The translations under genes were made by a program, and so were the position numbers. A stretch of 64,000 nt of DNA from Eledone cirrhosa (taxonomy: Eukaryota). The stretch is from NCBI GenBank assembly GCA_964016885.1, contig OZ024741.1, forward strand, positions 322,710,001 to 322,774,000. Direction: 5' to 3'. Shown here one piece after another: positions 41,064 to 53,393 of the stretch (position 1 is its first letter; every line of letters begins with the position of its first letter). A model generated the notes under the pieces. That model saw only the letters and a list, made by a program, of their open reading frames with translations, was not told where the DNA came from and did no database searches.

Positions 41064-41084
41064 GAGAGAGAGAGAGAGAGAGAG

Positions 41085-41151
<67 letters not shown>

Positions 41152-41236
41152 CTATAATTAGGTTAGTATCATGTATGTAAATGATACTGGTTGTTTCTCA
41201 ACTAGATATATGAGAGAGACTTTTTCGTATATCGTT

Positions 41237-41291
<55 letters not shown>

Positions 41292-41297
<6 letters not shown>

Positions 41298-41438
41298 TCT
41301 GAAGACGGCATATGTATGTGTTGGTATGTATATTAGATTTGATAGTTTGTATAATTTTGTATAATTTTGTACATAGATCTGTTGAATATGCATGCCAATT
41401 CTAACACATATATGTCCTAGAAACGATCGTTAAATAAT
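41292..41438 (+). ncRNA. Hammerhead with ~114-nt hairpin stem II (solo Naiad terminal repeat)
   Basis: ATTATTT-CTGAAGA-(long hairpin)-GAA-ACGATCGT-T-AAATAAT; homolog of 60868-61007. Confidence 0.75.
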
Positions 41439-41497
41439 GAACTTTTTTTGTTTAATATAAGGAACTGTTTCATTGTTTTATTCATTATTTTTTTAAT

Positions 41498-41549
<52 letters not shown>

Positions 41550-41552
<3 letters not shown>

Positions 41553-42470
41553 GTGAGTTTTATTTACAAATTAAAAAATAACCGAGGTGTCCTACACGAG
41601 TGAAAAGTATAAAGAAAAAAAAGTGAAATCGAAAATGCAACTGGAGTCTTATTTTTAAATGTATATATATATTTATTTGGTTCCTTTACCGGTTTCGCAG
41701 TTCTTCTGCTTTTCAAAAGTAGAGTTGAGATGGAGGGTCTGTGGTTTTTCTCACATCTTAGAATGTTACTTGTTTTATATGGAAAAAAGTGGCTCGAAAC
41801 GCCAGGTTTTTAGAGAAGTAATTTGATTGGTTGGTCAATAAGTATAATAAATGTCGTGCCAGTTCGCGTTACAAAGTTCTTCAAACAAGGGGGGGGGGCT
41901 CAGGTTGTTTTTTCATATATGAGTGAAGTTTGGTTGGTTGATGCAGTCACGTGAATAAGCACATCAGCTTTCGCGCCAGTTTGTTTGAATTTCTTTTTAC
42001 TTAAAAAAAGGGGCTCACGAATGCTTTTTTTTAAATAAATGTAATTCGATTGGTTATAAATGAAATTATTGCTATCACGTGAAGAAGTTCATTAAATTTC
42101 GCGCCCGTATTTGGGAATTTGTTTTGTAGCCTTTTAGAGAATTTTATGACAAACAAAAGATAATGGTCAAGAGAAATGGGATGGGGGGAATTGTTCTGGT
42201 TCAGTGAATATGGCAGGTTGTTTTTTCATATATGAGTGAAGTCACGTGAATAAGCAGATCAGCTTTCGCGTCAGATTGTTTGAATTTCTTTTTACTTTAA
42301 AAAAAGTGGCTCACGAAGGCTTTTTTTTTTAAATAAATGTAATTTGATTGGTTATAAATGAAATTATAGTTATAATAACTAAATATATAGTTATAATAAC
42401 TATATAGTTATAATAACTAAATAGTTCTGTACCCTACATTGACACCTCTCCCTTCCTTTACCTTTTCCTA
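41550..42470 (-). mobile_element. Probable PLE 3' region with a variant hammerhead (41684-41719) and an internal direct repeat
   Basis: CTT-TTGAAAA-GCAG(AAGAA)CTGC-GAA-ACCGGT-A-AAG; 41901-42068 is repeated at 42214-42368. Confidence 0.5.
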
Positions 42471-43195
42471 CGGAAACACTTAATACATATATATATATAC
42501 AAATAATTGTTTCTACTTTTGGCACAAGCCCAGCAAACTCCCAATACATTACTGGTACTTTATTTTATCGATCCCGTAAGGATGAAAGGCAAAGTTAGCC
42601 ATACAAATAATGAATCAAAACATATCAAATATGTTAGAATTTTGTGTTTCTCAGTAAGCAAGCTCAACAGACATTATCTAGAGTCATAATAAACCAAATG
42701 AAAAATATATATGTATATATAGAGAGAGAAAGAGTCATATATCATATAAGAAACACAGTATATTGTATATATACCAAATACATATTCCATAGAACAATAT
42801 GTACACAGGTGACTATAATCCTCGCACCTATTTCTAGCGGAGTTAACGTCCATCTTCTTGATATCTATTTGCCTTGTGTTTAACGTGATTTCACCATGTG
42901 CTTTTCAGCACGACATCTCTATGGAATTGGCAAGTTTAATGTCTTATGTACTATCTTGATTCTATATTTCTCTTAGAATGGTGAGACTAACCTCTGATGA
43001 GTACCCGTGTCTCCTGTGGTTTAATTATTATCGATAGTTTGTCTTCGATGATAGATTATATTGATTGATTTTTTCGACGATCGATTACATAGATTTATTT
43101 TGAGCTACAAACTGTATGATAATAATCTAGAATAAATTAATTTCTACACATTTCCACATATTCTTTCTTCAATGTAGACACACATATACTGAGGC

Positions 43196-43248
<53 letters not shown>

Positions 43249-43257
<9 letters not shown>

Positions 43258-45665
43258 CCTTCTTCTGCTCCTTCCACCCCTCCCTCCACTTCACCACCTC
43301 TATCTCCACCACCCACGTCCACTTCTTAGACATCTCCGTCGCCTTCGACCCCTCCCACCACTCCCTCGTCACCTCCGCCTTCTTCAAACCCACCGACTCC
43401 CACTCCTACCTCGACTTCACCTCTTCCCACCCCACATACACTAAACACTCTATTCCCTACTCCCAACACCTCTGTAGCCGAGATGCTGACTTTGAGTCCC
43501 AGGCCCTTTCCCTAGTGAGCCATTTCATCCGCAGAGGTTACCCCAACTCTCTCGTCCACACCGCTCTCACCCGCGCCCGTGCTGTCCACCGCTCCACCAC
43601 CCTCACCCCACGCCACCGCACACCCACCCACCGTCTCCCCTTCTCCATCACCTACCACCCCTCCACCATACCCCTCTACCGCACCATCCTCCGCCTCTTC
43701 CGACGCCTCCAGTCCGACCCCTCCACCTCCCACATCTTTCCAGCCCCACCACTCCCCTCCTTCAAACGCGCACGCAATCTCCGCACTCTCCTCATCCACA
43801 GCTCCCTACCCCTCCAACCCACGCTCTCTTCCCCACCCCCGGTTACTTTCTCTGTTCTAGGCCCCGCTGCAACACCTGTCCCCACATCACCAACACCACC
43901 ACCTTCCAGGGTCCCAACGGCCACTCTCTCTCTGTCCGGCATGCCTTCCGCTTCACCTCCTCCAACCTAGTCTACGGAATTCGACTTACGTCGGACAGAC
44001 TGGACGTCGCCTGGCGGACAGATTTACTGAGCACCTCCGGGATATCCGTCTCGGTGGTAGTTCCCCCATCGCCCGCCACTTTGGTGCCCCTGGACATTCC
44101 GCACACCACCTCACAGTCTGTGGCCTACTCCAATGCCACGGAACACCCGCCACTCTCCTAAGGGTCGAACAAGGAACCATCTTCACCCTACAGACCCACA
44201 CTCCCCCCGGCCTGAACTCTCCATCCTTATTCCTTTAGCCTTCGACCGCCCCCTCATCCCACATATATCCCCCACTAACACCACTAACACACCCCTCCTT
44301 TTCACCGCCCACCCCACAACTAACAATACTAACACCTCCACCCCACATCCGACCACCCTTCCCCACCACGCCGCAACTAACATCACTAACACCCCCTGAC
44401 CCCAAGCACACGAACACACACACCCACTTACACTACCCACTCTACACGCAACTAACATCACTAACACCCCAAACCCTACGCACACGAACACACACACCCT
44501 CTTACACCACCCACTCTACACACCCTACCACCACTCACACCCGCATTCAACCCTTTCTCCACCTCCAGTATACTAACACCCACTAAGACCCCCTTCACCA
44601 CACACACACACCAGTACACTACACTCCCTCCATCGGCCCCCACACCCTTCTCTCCCCGCTCCACCCACACCCTTTCTCAAACACACACATGTCCTTCTAA
44701 CACCTCTACTAATACACCCCCCTCCACACTCCAACTTTCACACCTACCCATCCTCTCCCCTGTCCACCACACCTCCGCACACACTGACACACAGACTTTC
44801 TTCACTTACCATTCTACCCTACTGCTGCTATGCCTCTCTGACCACCTCCCCGCACACACCGACACACAACCCTCCTCCTGCCTTGACCCTCTGACCACTT
44901 CCTGTTGCGCGCGCACCCCACATCTCCCCTCTTCCGACCAATCTCTTCACGGATTACACATATGTGAACCTTGATCCCGAGAATCTACCGCATCCCAAGG
45001 ATTTTACTCAGCATTCCACCACATCCTTTTACGGAATTACCTTTAGAACTCACCCCCAGACATACACCCCAAAAAATGTTTTCCCACACGCCACCTACAT
45101 CCACAACACGCATAAACACCACACACACACGTGCGTACCACCACATATTTACACATTCAGCCTCCGGAATCCTCTCCCCCCACGCTCTATCCACACACGC
45201 ACAGACACTCCGACCTACACCCCACCCCACACACACACCTCTTCCTGAACATGCAACCCCGTTCTTCCCCCAACCCTTGCTTTCACATACACACACACAC
45301 ACGTACACCTACACACACACACCACCTTCAGCCTTCCCAGCTCGGACACCCCGTCTCCCTCTCCCCACTCCACCCGCCACCACCCCTACACGCCCACACT
45401 CTTCCACCACCTGTTTTACTCCATTTTAATTTTATTTTGATCATGCCTTTATTTTTAATTTCATTTGCACCGTTTCCTCTCACCCCTTTTTGCTATATGT
45501 CTCTCCACCACTCCCCTACACATCCTTTGAACTCTCTTCCCACACACTTTTCACCTGAAGAAGGGCTTATGCCCGAAACGTCGTTCCCCACCACCACCCC
45601 ACACTCAAGAGCGTGAAACTAATAACCCTTTGTTCGTACTGCCTCTCTGTTTTGTTCCCGTTCAC
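43249..45665 (+). mobile_element. Neptune-type PLE, 5'-truncated at (TA)n, frameshifted
   Basis: HFLDISV, FKPTDSHSYLDFTSSHP, FKRARNLR, YVGQTGRRLADRFTEHLRDI, PIARHF, PPGLN; CA-rich 3' UTR; hammerhead core at 45555. Confidence 0.9.
45555..45586 (+). ncRNA. Hammerhead core (stem I not restored)
   Basis: CTGAAGA-A-GGGC(TTAT)GCCC-GAAAC-GTC-GTT. Confidence 0.55.
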
Positions 45666-45670
45666 TATCT

Positions 45671-45846
45671 CTAAGGCGGGTAAAATTCCCGAGATCCATG
45701 GACGAGTTCTCTCCAGCGGTCTCTGTCCCTCATTATCGCTGCCATGTCCTGCGTCTCCAACAGACCAGTGTCTGTCCTTAGGGCATCAACATACCTTAAC
45801 CTTGGTCTTCCTCTTCTAGTGTGTCCATGTAGGGGCTCCCAAAGGA
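45671..45846 (-). mobile_element. RTE-clade LINE 3' fragment
   Basis: LWEPLHGHTRRGRPRLRYVDAL..MRDRDRWRELV. Confidence 0.75.
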
Positions 45847-45889
45847 TATATATAAATGAATATATATACATTTATATATAAATATATAC

Positions 45890-46018
45890 AGTGTTAAAAC
45901 GATAAAATTTTAGTTTAGAACATTTATTTGCTGACAGTTGTTTCTTCCAGACTCCCTCTGGAAGAAACAATTGCCAGCTAATAAATGTTCTAAACTAAAA
46001 TTTTATCGTTTTAACACT
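45890..46018. repeat. ~129-bp hairpin palindrome containing the 3' half of a hammerhead
   Basis: About 62-bp arms with a short loop; one arm reads GAAACAACTGTCAGC followed by AATAAA. Confidence 0.85.
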
Positions 46019-46261
46019 TTGTATCTCGGCTCTGTAAAACACTTGAAAATTTGCATTGAGCCTTTTGTCATACCGGTAACTGATTAGTACTTAGTACTAC
46101 CCTCATATTTATAGTTATATCAAACATATATAAATATAAATATTCTTATTACTATATAAATATATATGTATATATGTGTACAAATATATATATACATACA
46201 TTTATATGCATATATATATGCATGTATATATATATATATATATATGCATTTATATATATAC

Positions 46262-46349
<88 letters not shown>

Positions 46350-46351
46350 GC

Positions 46352-46393
<42 letters not shown>

Positions 46394-46747
46394 CATATAT
46401 ATGTGGGAGGGGGGTATGTGTGTGTGTGTGTGTGCGCATGTGTTTGTAAAACGTAATCAGAAATAACAAAGCAAACAACACAATACAATGAAGAAATATA
46501 TTAGGTTAATGCTTAAAATAATAGGGAAAGTGTCTTAACATTTCAGACACCAGACCTTCATCAGAAGATAGAATGACAATTAAAGATGAAATAGAAAGAA
46601 GAGGAAGAAAGTGGAAAAACATGAGAAAAAATACAGGTGTGTATTCAGCCAGCCATTCGAATCCAAGGCCTCGTGAATACGAAGCGCACCTCTTAATATG
46701 GCGTGGAATTATCTCTTGGCAGTATCAGCAGAGCATTAGACACCACT

Positions 46748-47299
46748 TTAAAATTTTAAAATAAATTTCAAAAAGTTCACTGTACTTACTGTATGTGCCT
46801 TTACCGCGGTTTCCGATCTCAAAATAATTTATATTAAAATGTTTTCTCTATTTGCCAAACCTTGATTTTATATGTTCTGCCATAGAACCACACTCGCATA
46901 CGGTTGGACAATACTTGTATCTCTATATCTATTTTTTATATGTAGGAACACATACTTTTATTATTATTCACCCCTAAGGTTGAGAAAATTTTGGTCGTTT
47001 GAACTGCTGCTATTTTTAGTAGCAGGACATTAACCTGTCCGCCTTGCTTTCTGTCTTTGCACACAGCACTAGACAAGATTGTTTCTTCTGTCATTTACTC
47101 TCATTCGGGAACAGTTTTGTATGGCGCCAGTTTGTGATTTGAACTCGAGAAAGGCCTTCTGACGAAGATCTCTTTCTCAATGGAAATCCGCTTGGATTAT
47201 CTGTTTATTTTGAGATGGGAAACCGCGGTAAAGGCGTAAGTACAGTGAACTTTTTGAAATTTATTTTAAAATTTTCTCTCTATTTGCTAAACCTTGATT
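46748..47299 (+). mobile_element. Short non-coding PLE derivative with hammerhead, terminal direct repeat and inverted partial copy
   Basis: 46748-46826 is inverted relative to 47204-47272. TCTCTATTTGC(C/T)AAACCTTGATT occurs at ~46844 and ~47276. Confidence 0.75.
47154..47235 (+). ncRNA. Type-I hammerhead, 53-nt stem II region, palindromic stem III
   Basis: GCCTT-CTGACGA-(AGATCTC..GAGATGG)-GAA-ACCGCGGT-A-AAGGC. Confidence 0.75.
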
Positions 47300-47814
47300 A
47301 TATATATATATATATAGGAACGAGTAGGACCCCATGGGGTCCTTCTCGTTCCTATTACCCACTCTACTACCCTAAGTATTGAGTACTTTGGTGCGTTATG
47401 GTCCACCTGGTTCCTTACCACATTTCCTCCGTTATATATATATATGTCTTATTAACAAACCACTTTCCACTGATTGACCTCGATGTCACGTGATTGATTC
47501 TTTTTGAATTTGCCACCGACGCAGAGGCAGTGATTTTCTCAATGGCTAGGAATTCAGTCCACGCTTTGCTATTTTCTATCCACTGAATTATTTTTGTATA
47601 AGTTTCCAGAGTCCTCGCTTTGCCTGGATACTTAGCTGAGAATAGTCTTCCCTGACGACGAAATGATTCTCCATATTTTCTTCGGAAAGTATATTTATTC
47701 CATTTCAGAAACTAATTAGTTGGGAGTGAAATTTTAGTAAGTAAGTTAATTTTATAATTTTCTTACTTTACGTCTCTCATATATATATATATATATGCAT
47801 ATATTTATACATAG

Positions 47815-47896
<82 letters not shown>

Positions 47897-47945
47897 CTGT
47901 GTGTGTGTATGCATGTATGTATATATATTCGGAGGAAATCATCAG

Positions 47946-48000
47946 AAAGCTTTCTGATGATTTCCTCCGAATGAAACAGTTCTAGTCCTGTAGAAGCTTT
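47946..48000 (+). ncRNA. Type-I hammerhead with a full intramolecular stem III
   Basis: AAAGCTTT-CTGATGA-T-TTC(CTCC)GAA-T-GAA-ACAG(TTCTAGTC)CTGT-A-GAAGCTTT; overlaps a 46-bp palindrome at 47927-47972. Confidence 0.75.
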
Positions 48001-48080
48001 TTCTATATTAAATTACTTTTACTCTGCTATGTATTGAGTACCTTACTTACTGTGGTTATCCCCGATTTAACCCGGGATCT

Positions 48081-48193
<113 letters not shown>

Positions 48194-48302
48194 CATATAT
48201 ATATACATATATATATATACATATATATATATATACATATATATATGTGTGTGAGTGTGTGTATTATTATTTCACTGGTTGCAATCCTATTTGTTCATTA
48301 TT

Positions 48303-48397
48303 TAATTGTTTCTACTTTAGGCACAAGGCCAGCAATTACCCAGTACCAGTAATGCACTGGGTAATTGCTGGCCTTGTGCCTAAAGTAGAAACAATTA
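48303..48397. mobile_element. Head-to-head pair of SINE 3' tails
   Basis: Inverted tail followed by forward tail; ATTATTTAAT at 48297-48306 and 48394-48403. Confidence 0.85.
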
Positions 48398-48919
48398 TTT
48401 AATACTTGTTTATCATACCTTCTGTGGGGAGTTGCAACTGGCAGATAGTATTATCTTTGGACAAACGATGAAAACATTTTTTCGTTGGTCTGATCTGACG
48501 ATCGGCTGTTTCCCTTTTTATTATTATTTAATCATATTTATCAATGCTGCAGAAATATGATTCCTGCAAAGAATTCTATGCATTTCTCATCTTGATAGAA
48601 TCACAAATGAAGAAAAAATGAAAAGCATGAAACAGAACCAAAAAACAAAATTATAGAACCATTAGTAAACAAACATTAGTAAACAAAATTATCTGGAGGA
48701 TGTATGGAGAAGAGGGTCTATAAAATATCTAGTAGCAACAGGAACGATGATAGAAATAAGAAGCAGTGGGAGACATTAAAAGACATTAAAAGTGATGTGT
48801 TAACATGTGACATGTGGTATATGCTAGTATTGGTGGTTGGTGTGTATGGTAATATTTTGCTTGTGTGCTAGTATACTGGTGTGGTGTAAAGTAATGTTGG
48901 TGTGGTTCGCGATAGTATT

Positions 48920-49145
48920 GGTTTGTTCTTTGGAGGGTATATAACGAGAAGAGAGTCCTTGGAACATCTGGTACTAACAAGAAAGATGATAGATAAAAGG
49001 AATAGACAGGTAAGGATTGAAAGTAATGAATGTGTTAACATGTCTGGCGGCAAAGAAGACAACAGCATCTACAATGAAGATGGGTAGAGACTGTACGAGA
49101 TGTAGAGACATGATCGCCTACTCTGAACGGCATGACATTTGAGTG
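48920..49145 (+). mobile_element. Decayed RTE LINE 3' end
   Basis: FFGGYITRRESLEHLVLTRKMIDKRNR resembles the RTE motif FGHIMRRESLE..GKIEGKR. Confidence 0.6.
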
Positions 49146-50047
49146 ATGGACTTATCATATGGAATGACGGAATGTAATTCTCATTAGTTTTCTGGCAGGA
49201 TTATATCCTGTAATTTGGCTTTCTCTATTTGCTTCACTATATAAGTGTAATTATTTATTCTACACTGCAATTTACTCTTCCAATCATTTTTCCCATATTG
49301 GAGCTCTTTCCTTTTGTAAAGGAATGGTGTTTATTTCACTACGTCTTTCTATTGTTGCGTGCATGCAAGTTGATAGGTAGATAGGAATCGTTTAGCTCAC
49401 TTATGTTGCAGGATAATGATGGTGAATTTTTTTTTGTGCCTTACTTTCAGCGTAGTCTCCGTTAATCTACATCTGTATTTAAGAGTGTGAGTGTCTTCTA
49501 AACACTTTATTTAAAGGATACATAATCTCTTCATTCTACTTGATCTCCACACTCCACACTCCTCCACCTCCACCTCGTCCTTCCACATCTTCCTCTTCAT
49601 TCTCCTCCTCCATATCTCCCTCCTCCTCCTGCAACTCTTCCTCTTCCTCATCCACATCTTCCTCTTCTTCCCCATCCCACACCTCCTCCCCGTCCTCCCC
49701 GTCCTCCGCCTTCACCTCTTCCACCTTCTCCACCTCCTCCTCTCCCATCTCGTCCTCCACCTCCCCCCTTGTCCTTACTCCTTCTTCTCCCCTATCTCAC
49801 CACTTCCACCTCCTCCACCTCCACCTCGTCCTTCCTCCTCCTCCTCCCCTATTTCGTCATCCCCCTCTCCGCTTCCACTTCCTCCTCTCTCATCTCGTCC
49901 TCCATCTCCCCCTTCTCCTTCCTCCTTTTACTCCCCTATTCCGTCATGCCCCCCTCCACTTCAACCGCCGACACCCACCACCCCTCATCTACCCTCATCT
50001 TCATCCACTGCCACCCCACTGTCCTTCTCTGTTACCATTATTGTCCA

Positions 50048-50240
50048 GGCGGTGGGTTGGCAGATCCGGTAGAGGGTCGGATGCCATGCTTTGAAGCATA
50101 GAGTTACCTCCCTTTATGTTCAGAGTTCAAATCCCGCCGAGGTTAACTTTGCTTTTCATCCTTACAGGGGTCGATAAAATAAAGTACCAGTAATGCACTG
50201 GGGTAATTGCTGGCCTTGTGCCAAAAGTAGAAACAGTTAT
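50048..50240 (+). mobile_element. ATT-tailed SINE, full length; others at 42505-42600, 51205-51375 and 62630-62835 (-) and 63000-63110 (+)
   Basis: A and B boxes, core and tail as above. Confidence 0.9.
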
Positions 50241-50369
50241 TGTCCACCAAGCTAAACTGTTGTCTCTCTGACACTAAAGGGACCAACTGTTGTTTTGTGT
50301 AGGATTGATTCAACTGTCCACCATGTCTGTCGTGAAATACCCCCACCACCTTCCTTTCACACAGAACAC

Positions 50370-50760
50370 AGTTGTTGTTGTCGTTGTTGTTATTGTCGTT
50401 GTTCTTTTCATTGTTGTTGTTATTGCTGTCATTGTTGTTGTTGTTGTTGTTGTCATTGTTGTTGTTGTTGCTGTCAGTGTTGTTGTTGTTGCTGTCATTG
50501 TTGTTGTTGTTGTTTTCGTCGTCGTTGTTGTTTTCATTATTGATGTTGTCATTGTCTTTGTTGTCATTGTTGTTGTTGTTGTTGTTGTCATTATTGATGT
50601 TGTTGTTGTCATTGTCATTTTTGTTGTCATTGATGATGCCGTTGTTGTCATTGTTGTTGTTGTATTGATTGTCATTGTTGTTGTTGTATTGATTGTCATT
50701 GTTGTTGCTGTCGTTGTTGTTGTTGTCAGTGTAATTATTGTAGTTGCCATTGTTGTTTGA
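50370..50760. repeat. Degenerate (GTT)n/(GTC ATT) low-complexity tract
   Basis: Direct. (CTT)n tracts also lie at 32100-32152, 33225-33420 and 55712-55817. Confidence 0.92.
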
Positions 50761-51539
50761 TCACAAGTTAACCATAATCGAGCAAGCCAATGTTCACAGA
50801 CATTCCTTCTATGACCATTACAACGTCTAAGATTGCTGTTTATAGTACATCGAGTGACCGCTCTGATGAGGTCGATGGCAGGAACTCTCCTCTCTCGAGA
50901 AGCCTTCATCAACAGTTTCAAATATCAATTAAGGGAGAAGGTAAAATGGAGAAGAAAATGTGTTTCTTGTTATTAGCACCCTACCGCCTAAAACAACTAT
51001 GCGGTCCCTGATAGACTAGAGCGTAAATATAAGAGAGCTCAATGAGTACAGGGGCGTTACGCTTCGATCTGGTTGAAAGCCATCGATTCGAGAGATGAGA
51101 AACGTATGGAACCCTTAAGTAGGCAGTTTTACTATGATATTGTATTTCAGATAAGGGAGAAAGCTTTGCTGATGTCAATTATAGCATTAATGTTTACCAA
51201 ATAATTGGCACAAGGCCAGGAATTACCAAGTACATCAGTGGTACTTTATTTTATCGATCCCGTAAGGATGAAAGGCAAAGTTAACCTCGACGGGATTTGA
51301 ACTCAGACCGTAAATGGACGTAACTATGCTAGAAAGCATGGCGTCCAGCCTTCACCGCCCTGCCAATTCACGGTTATTAGTCATAACAATAATGTAGTCT
51401 ACTTCTCGATCATGAAGTCCCACTTTCAATCCCACTGTTTGGCATATTAGGCAAGGGACTTTTACCCAAAACGCGGGCTAACTTAAGTCTTGTGAGTGAA
51501 AACTGTGTAGAATCCCATCAGACGAATTCAAATTTCTCG

Positions 51540-52110
51540 AGAACGAAGACAACTGGTCAATGACATTGAAGAGCAAATCTCCAGTCAGATCTGACTGTGA
51601 TAGGACGATAGTTGAAAACGCTATTAGAAGCAACCTCTAGGGTGAATCATTCAGAGCAGACAGAAATTATGTGATCAATTACTCCCATTGTAATGATTAC
51701 TTGACTTTAGCCTCTTGCTTCATTATTTTGTTTTGATAGTGTTTTTCTAATTAGACACTGACCCTGTGGAGCTGAGAAAATAGGTTTATTTTCTCCTATA
51801 GCTCAGAGTTTTTGAGCCATTGTTGCATTTCAAACTGGCTCACGTTTTTTTTTTTTTGTTGAGTCTTGAAAGGCACTGGCTAGGAAGTGGTTCTCTCAAT
51901 TTTTGACTTTCTTTTTGGTGCTTTCTTTTGTTTTGTCTTTTTCTAAATGATTTTGTCTGGTGTGGTTCGCTTCTAGATTCTACTTCATTGCTTTTTTTAT
52001 TCAGACACATATAACACAAATCAGTTTCTTTTTGTTTCGTTTCTTCTGTATAACACGATGACCTTATAGTAGACTTCAATATCTATGAAGCCCCGTCTTT
52101 CCTAGATGCG
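51540..52110 (-). mobile_element. Heavily decayed R4/Dong-like LINE fragment
   Basis: Minus-strand remnants QQWLKNSEL..QGQCL..IDHIISVCS resemble the RLE-LINE motif WL..QDQ..ETIDHIISGC. Confidence 0.45.
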
Positions 52111-52641
52111 GGATAGGTTTATTTTTTTAAATCTATATCAGCTTTAGGACGTTGCTAACAGTTTTACTTACACGCTGAAACATTTTCTCTCGTACTGAAT
52201 CACTAGCAAACTCATTCATTCTTTCACCAGAACATTCTGACTCTCACATCCATTATCGCTCGCTTCAACATTCGTTCACATATATAAACACACACATATT
52301 GACAGCCATATTCACGCACATACATATTCAATCACTAACACGTTTTGATACACACGTATTCATTCATACACTCTCACACACCCATTCATTCACGCATTCA
52401 CTCACACATTCACTACCGCACTGACACACACACACACTCACACACTCACACACTGACACATGCACTCACACAGGCACACACTCACTCACACATACCGACA
52501 TACTTACATAGATATACACTCACATATTGACACTTACCGTCTTCCACATTCTCACTCAGACGTGTTTTATTTCATTCATTCACTAAATGAAGTAGAGAGC
52601 AATTATATAGATAGAGAGGGAGAGGGGGAGGCAGAGAGGTA

Positions 52642-52839
52642 CGCGAGTCGGCTGAAAGGTTCATAGGCTGACCAAGATACTCTCATGGATCGACCAAATG
52701 AGGTTTATTTTTCAACATAGTCCCTGGAAAGAAACAATTCAGTTATTAACAAGAAAAATTGAAATTAATGCATGCAAGATTTAACAGCCCTAGCATCAAT
52801 CCTTCATAGTCAGCCTATGAACATTTCAGCCGACCATCG
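52642..52839. mobile_element. Mariner-type MITE
   Basis: TIRs GTCGGCTGAAAGGTTCATAGGCTGAC/GTCAGCCTATGAACATTTCAGCCGAC, flanked by TA. Confidence 0.85.
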
Positions 52840-53393
52840 TAGATAGGTAGGTAGAAAGGTACGTTGGTAGGGAGGTAGGTAGGGAGGTAGGTAAAAAGGT
52901 AAGTAGATAGGCAGTTAGAGATGTAGGTATGTAGGTAGGTAGATAGGTAGGTAGGTAGGCATATAGAAGGTAGGTAGGTAAGTAGGTAGGTACGTACGTA
53001 AGTAGATTGGTAAGTAGGTAGGCAGGTAGGGAGGTAGGTATGAAAGGAGGGAGGTAGGTAAGTAAATAGGTAGGGAGTTAAGAAAAAGCATGCTAGTTAC
53101 GAGTGAAAGATGGAAGGCGTCGGGGTTTGAGAGACGGAAGGAAATACTTATAACGCTGTCATAATTCTCCTATCAATTATATAAACAAGATCTTTCAGTA
53201 CAGAAAGGCCGTGAAAAGATTCAACAACAGAAACATTGCCTTTCTTTTACACCTTTTTAATATCTTATTTATGCTTCTTCTGCATCCAGTTGGTCTTCTT
53301 TTATTTCTATCTCAGTCTACCTTGCGTTTGTTTCTTAATTGAAAGGGGTACTAGATACTTGGCCTAGTCTGTCGTGGCTTACTAGCTCTATAG

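Noticed and set aside
42990-43125. Hammerhead at CTGATGAGTAC
   Set aside because: No intact GAAA and no stem I partner.
50860-51110. Long-range hammerhead (CTGATGAGGTCGATGGC...GCCATCGA...GAAAC)
   Set aside because: An 8-bp pairing exists but it does not abut GAAA and stem I does not form.
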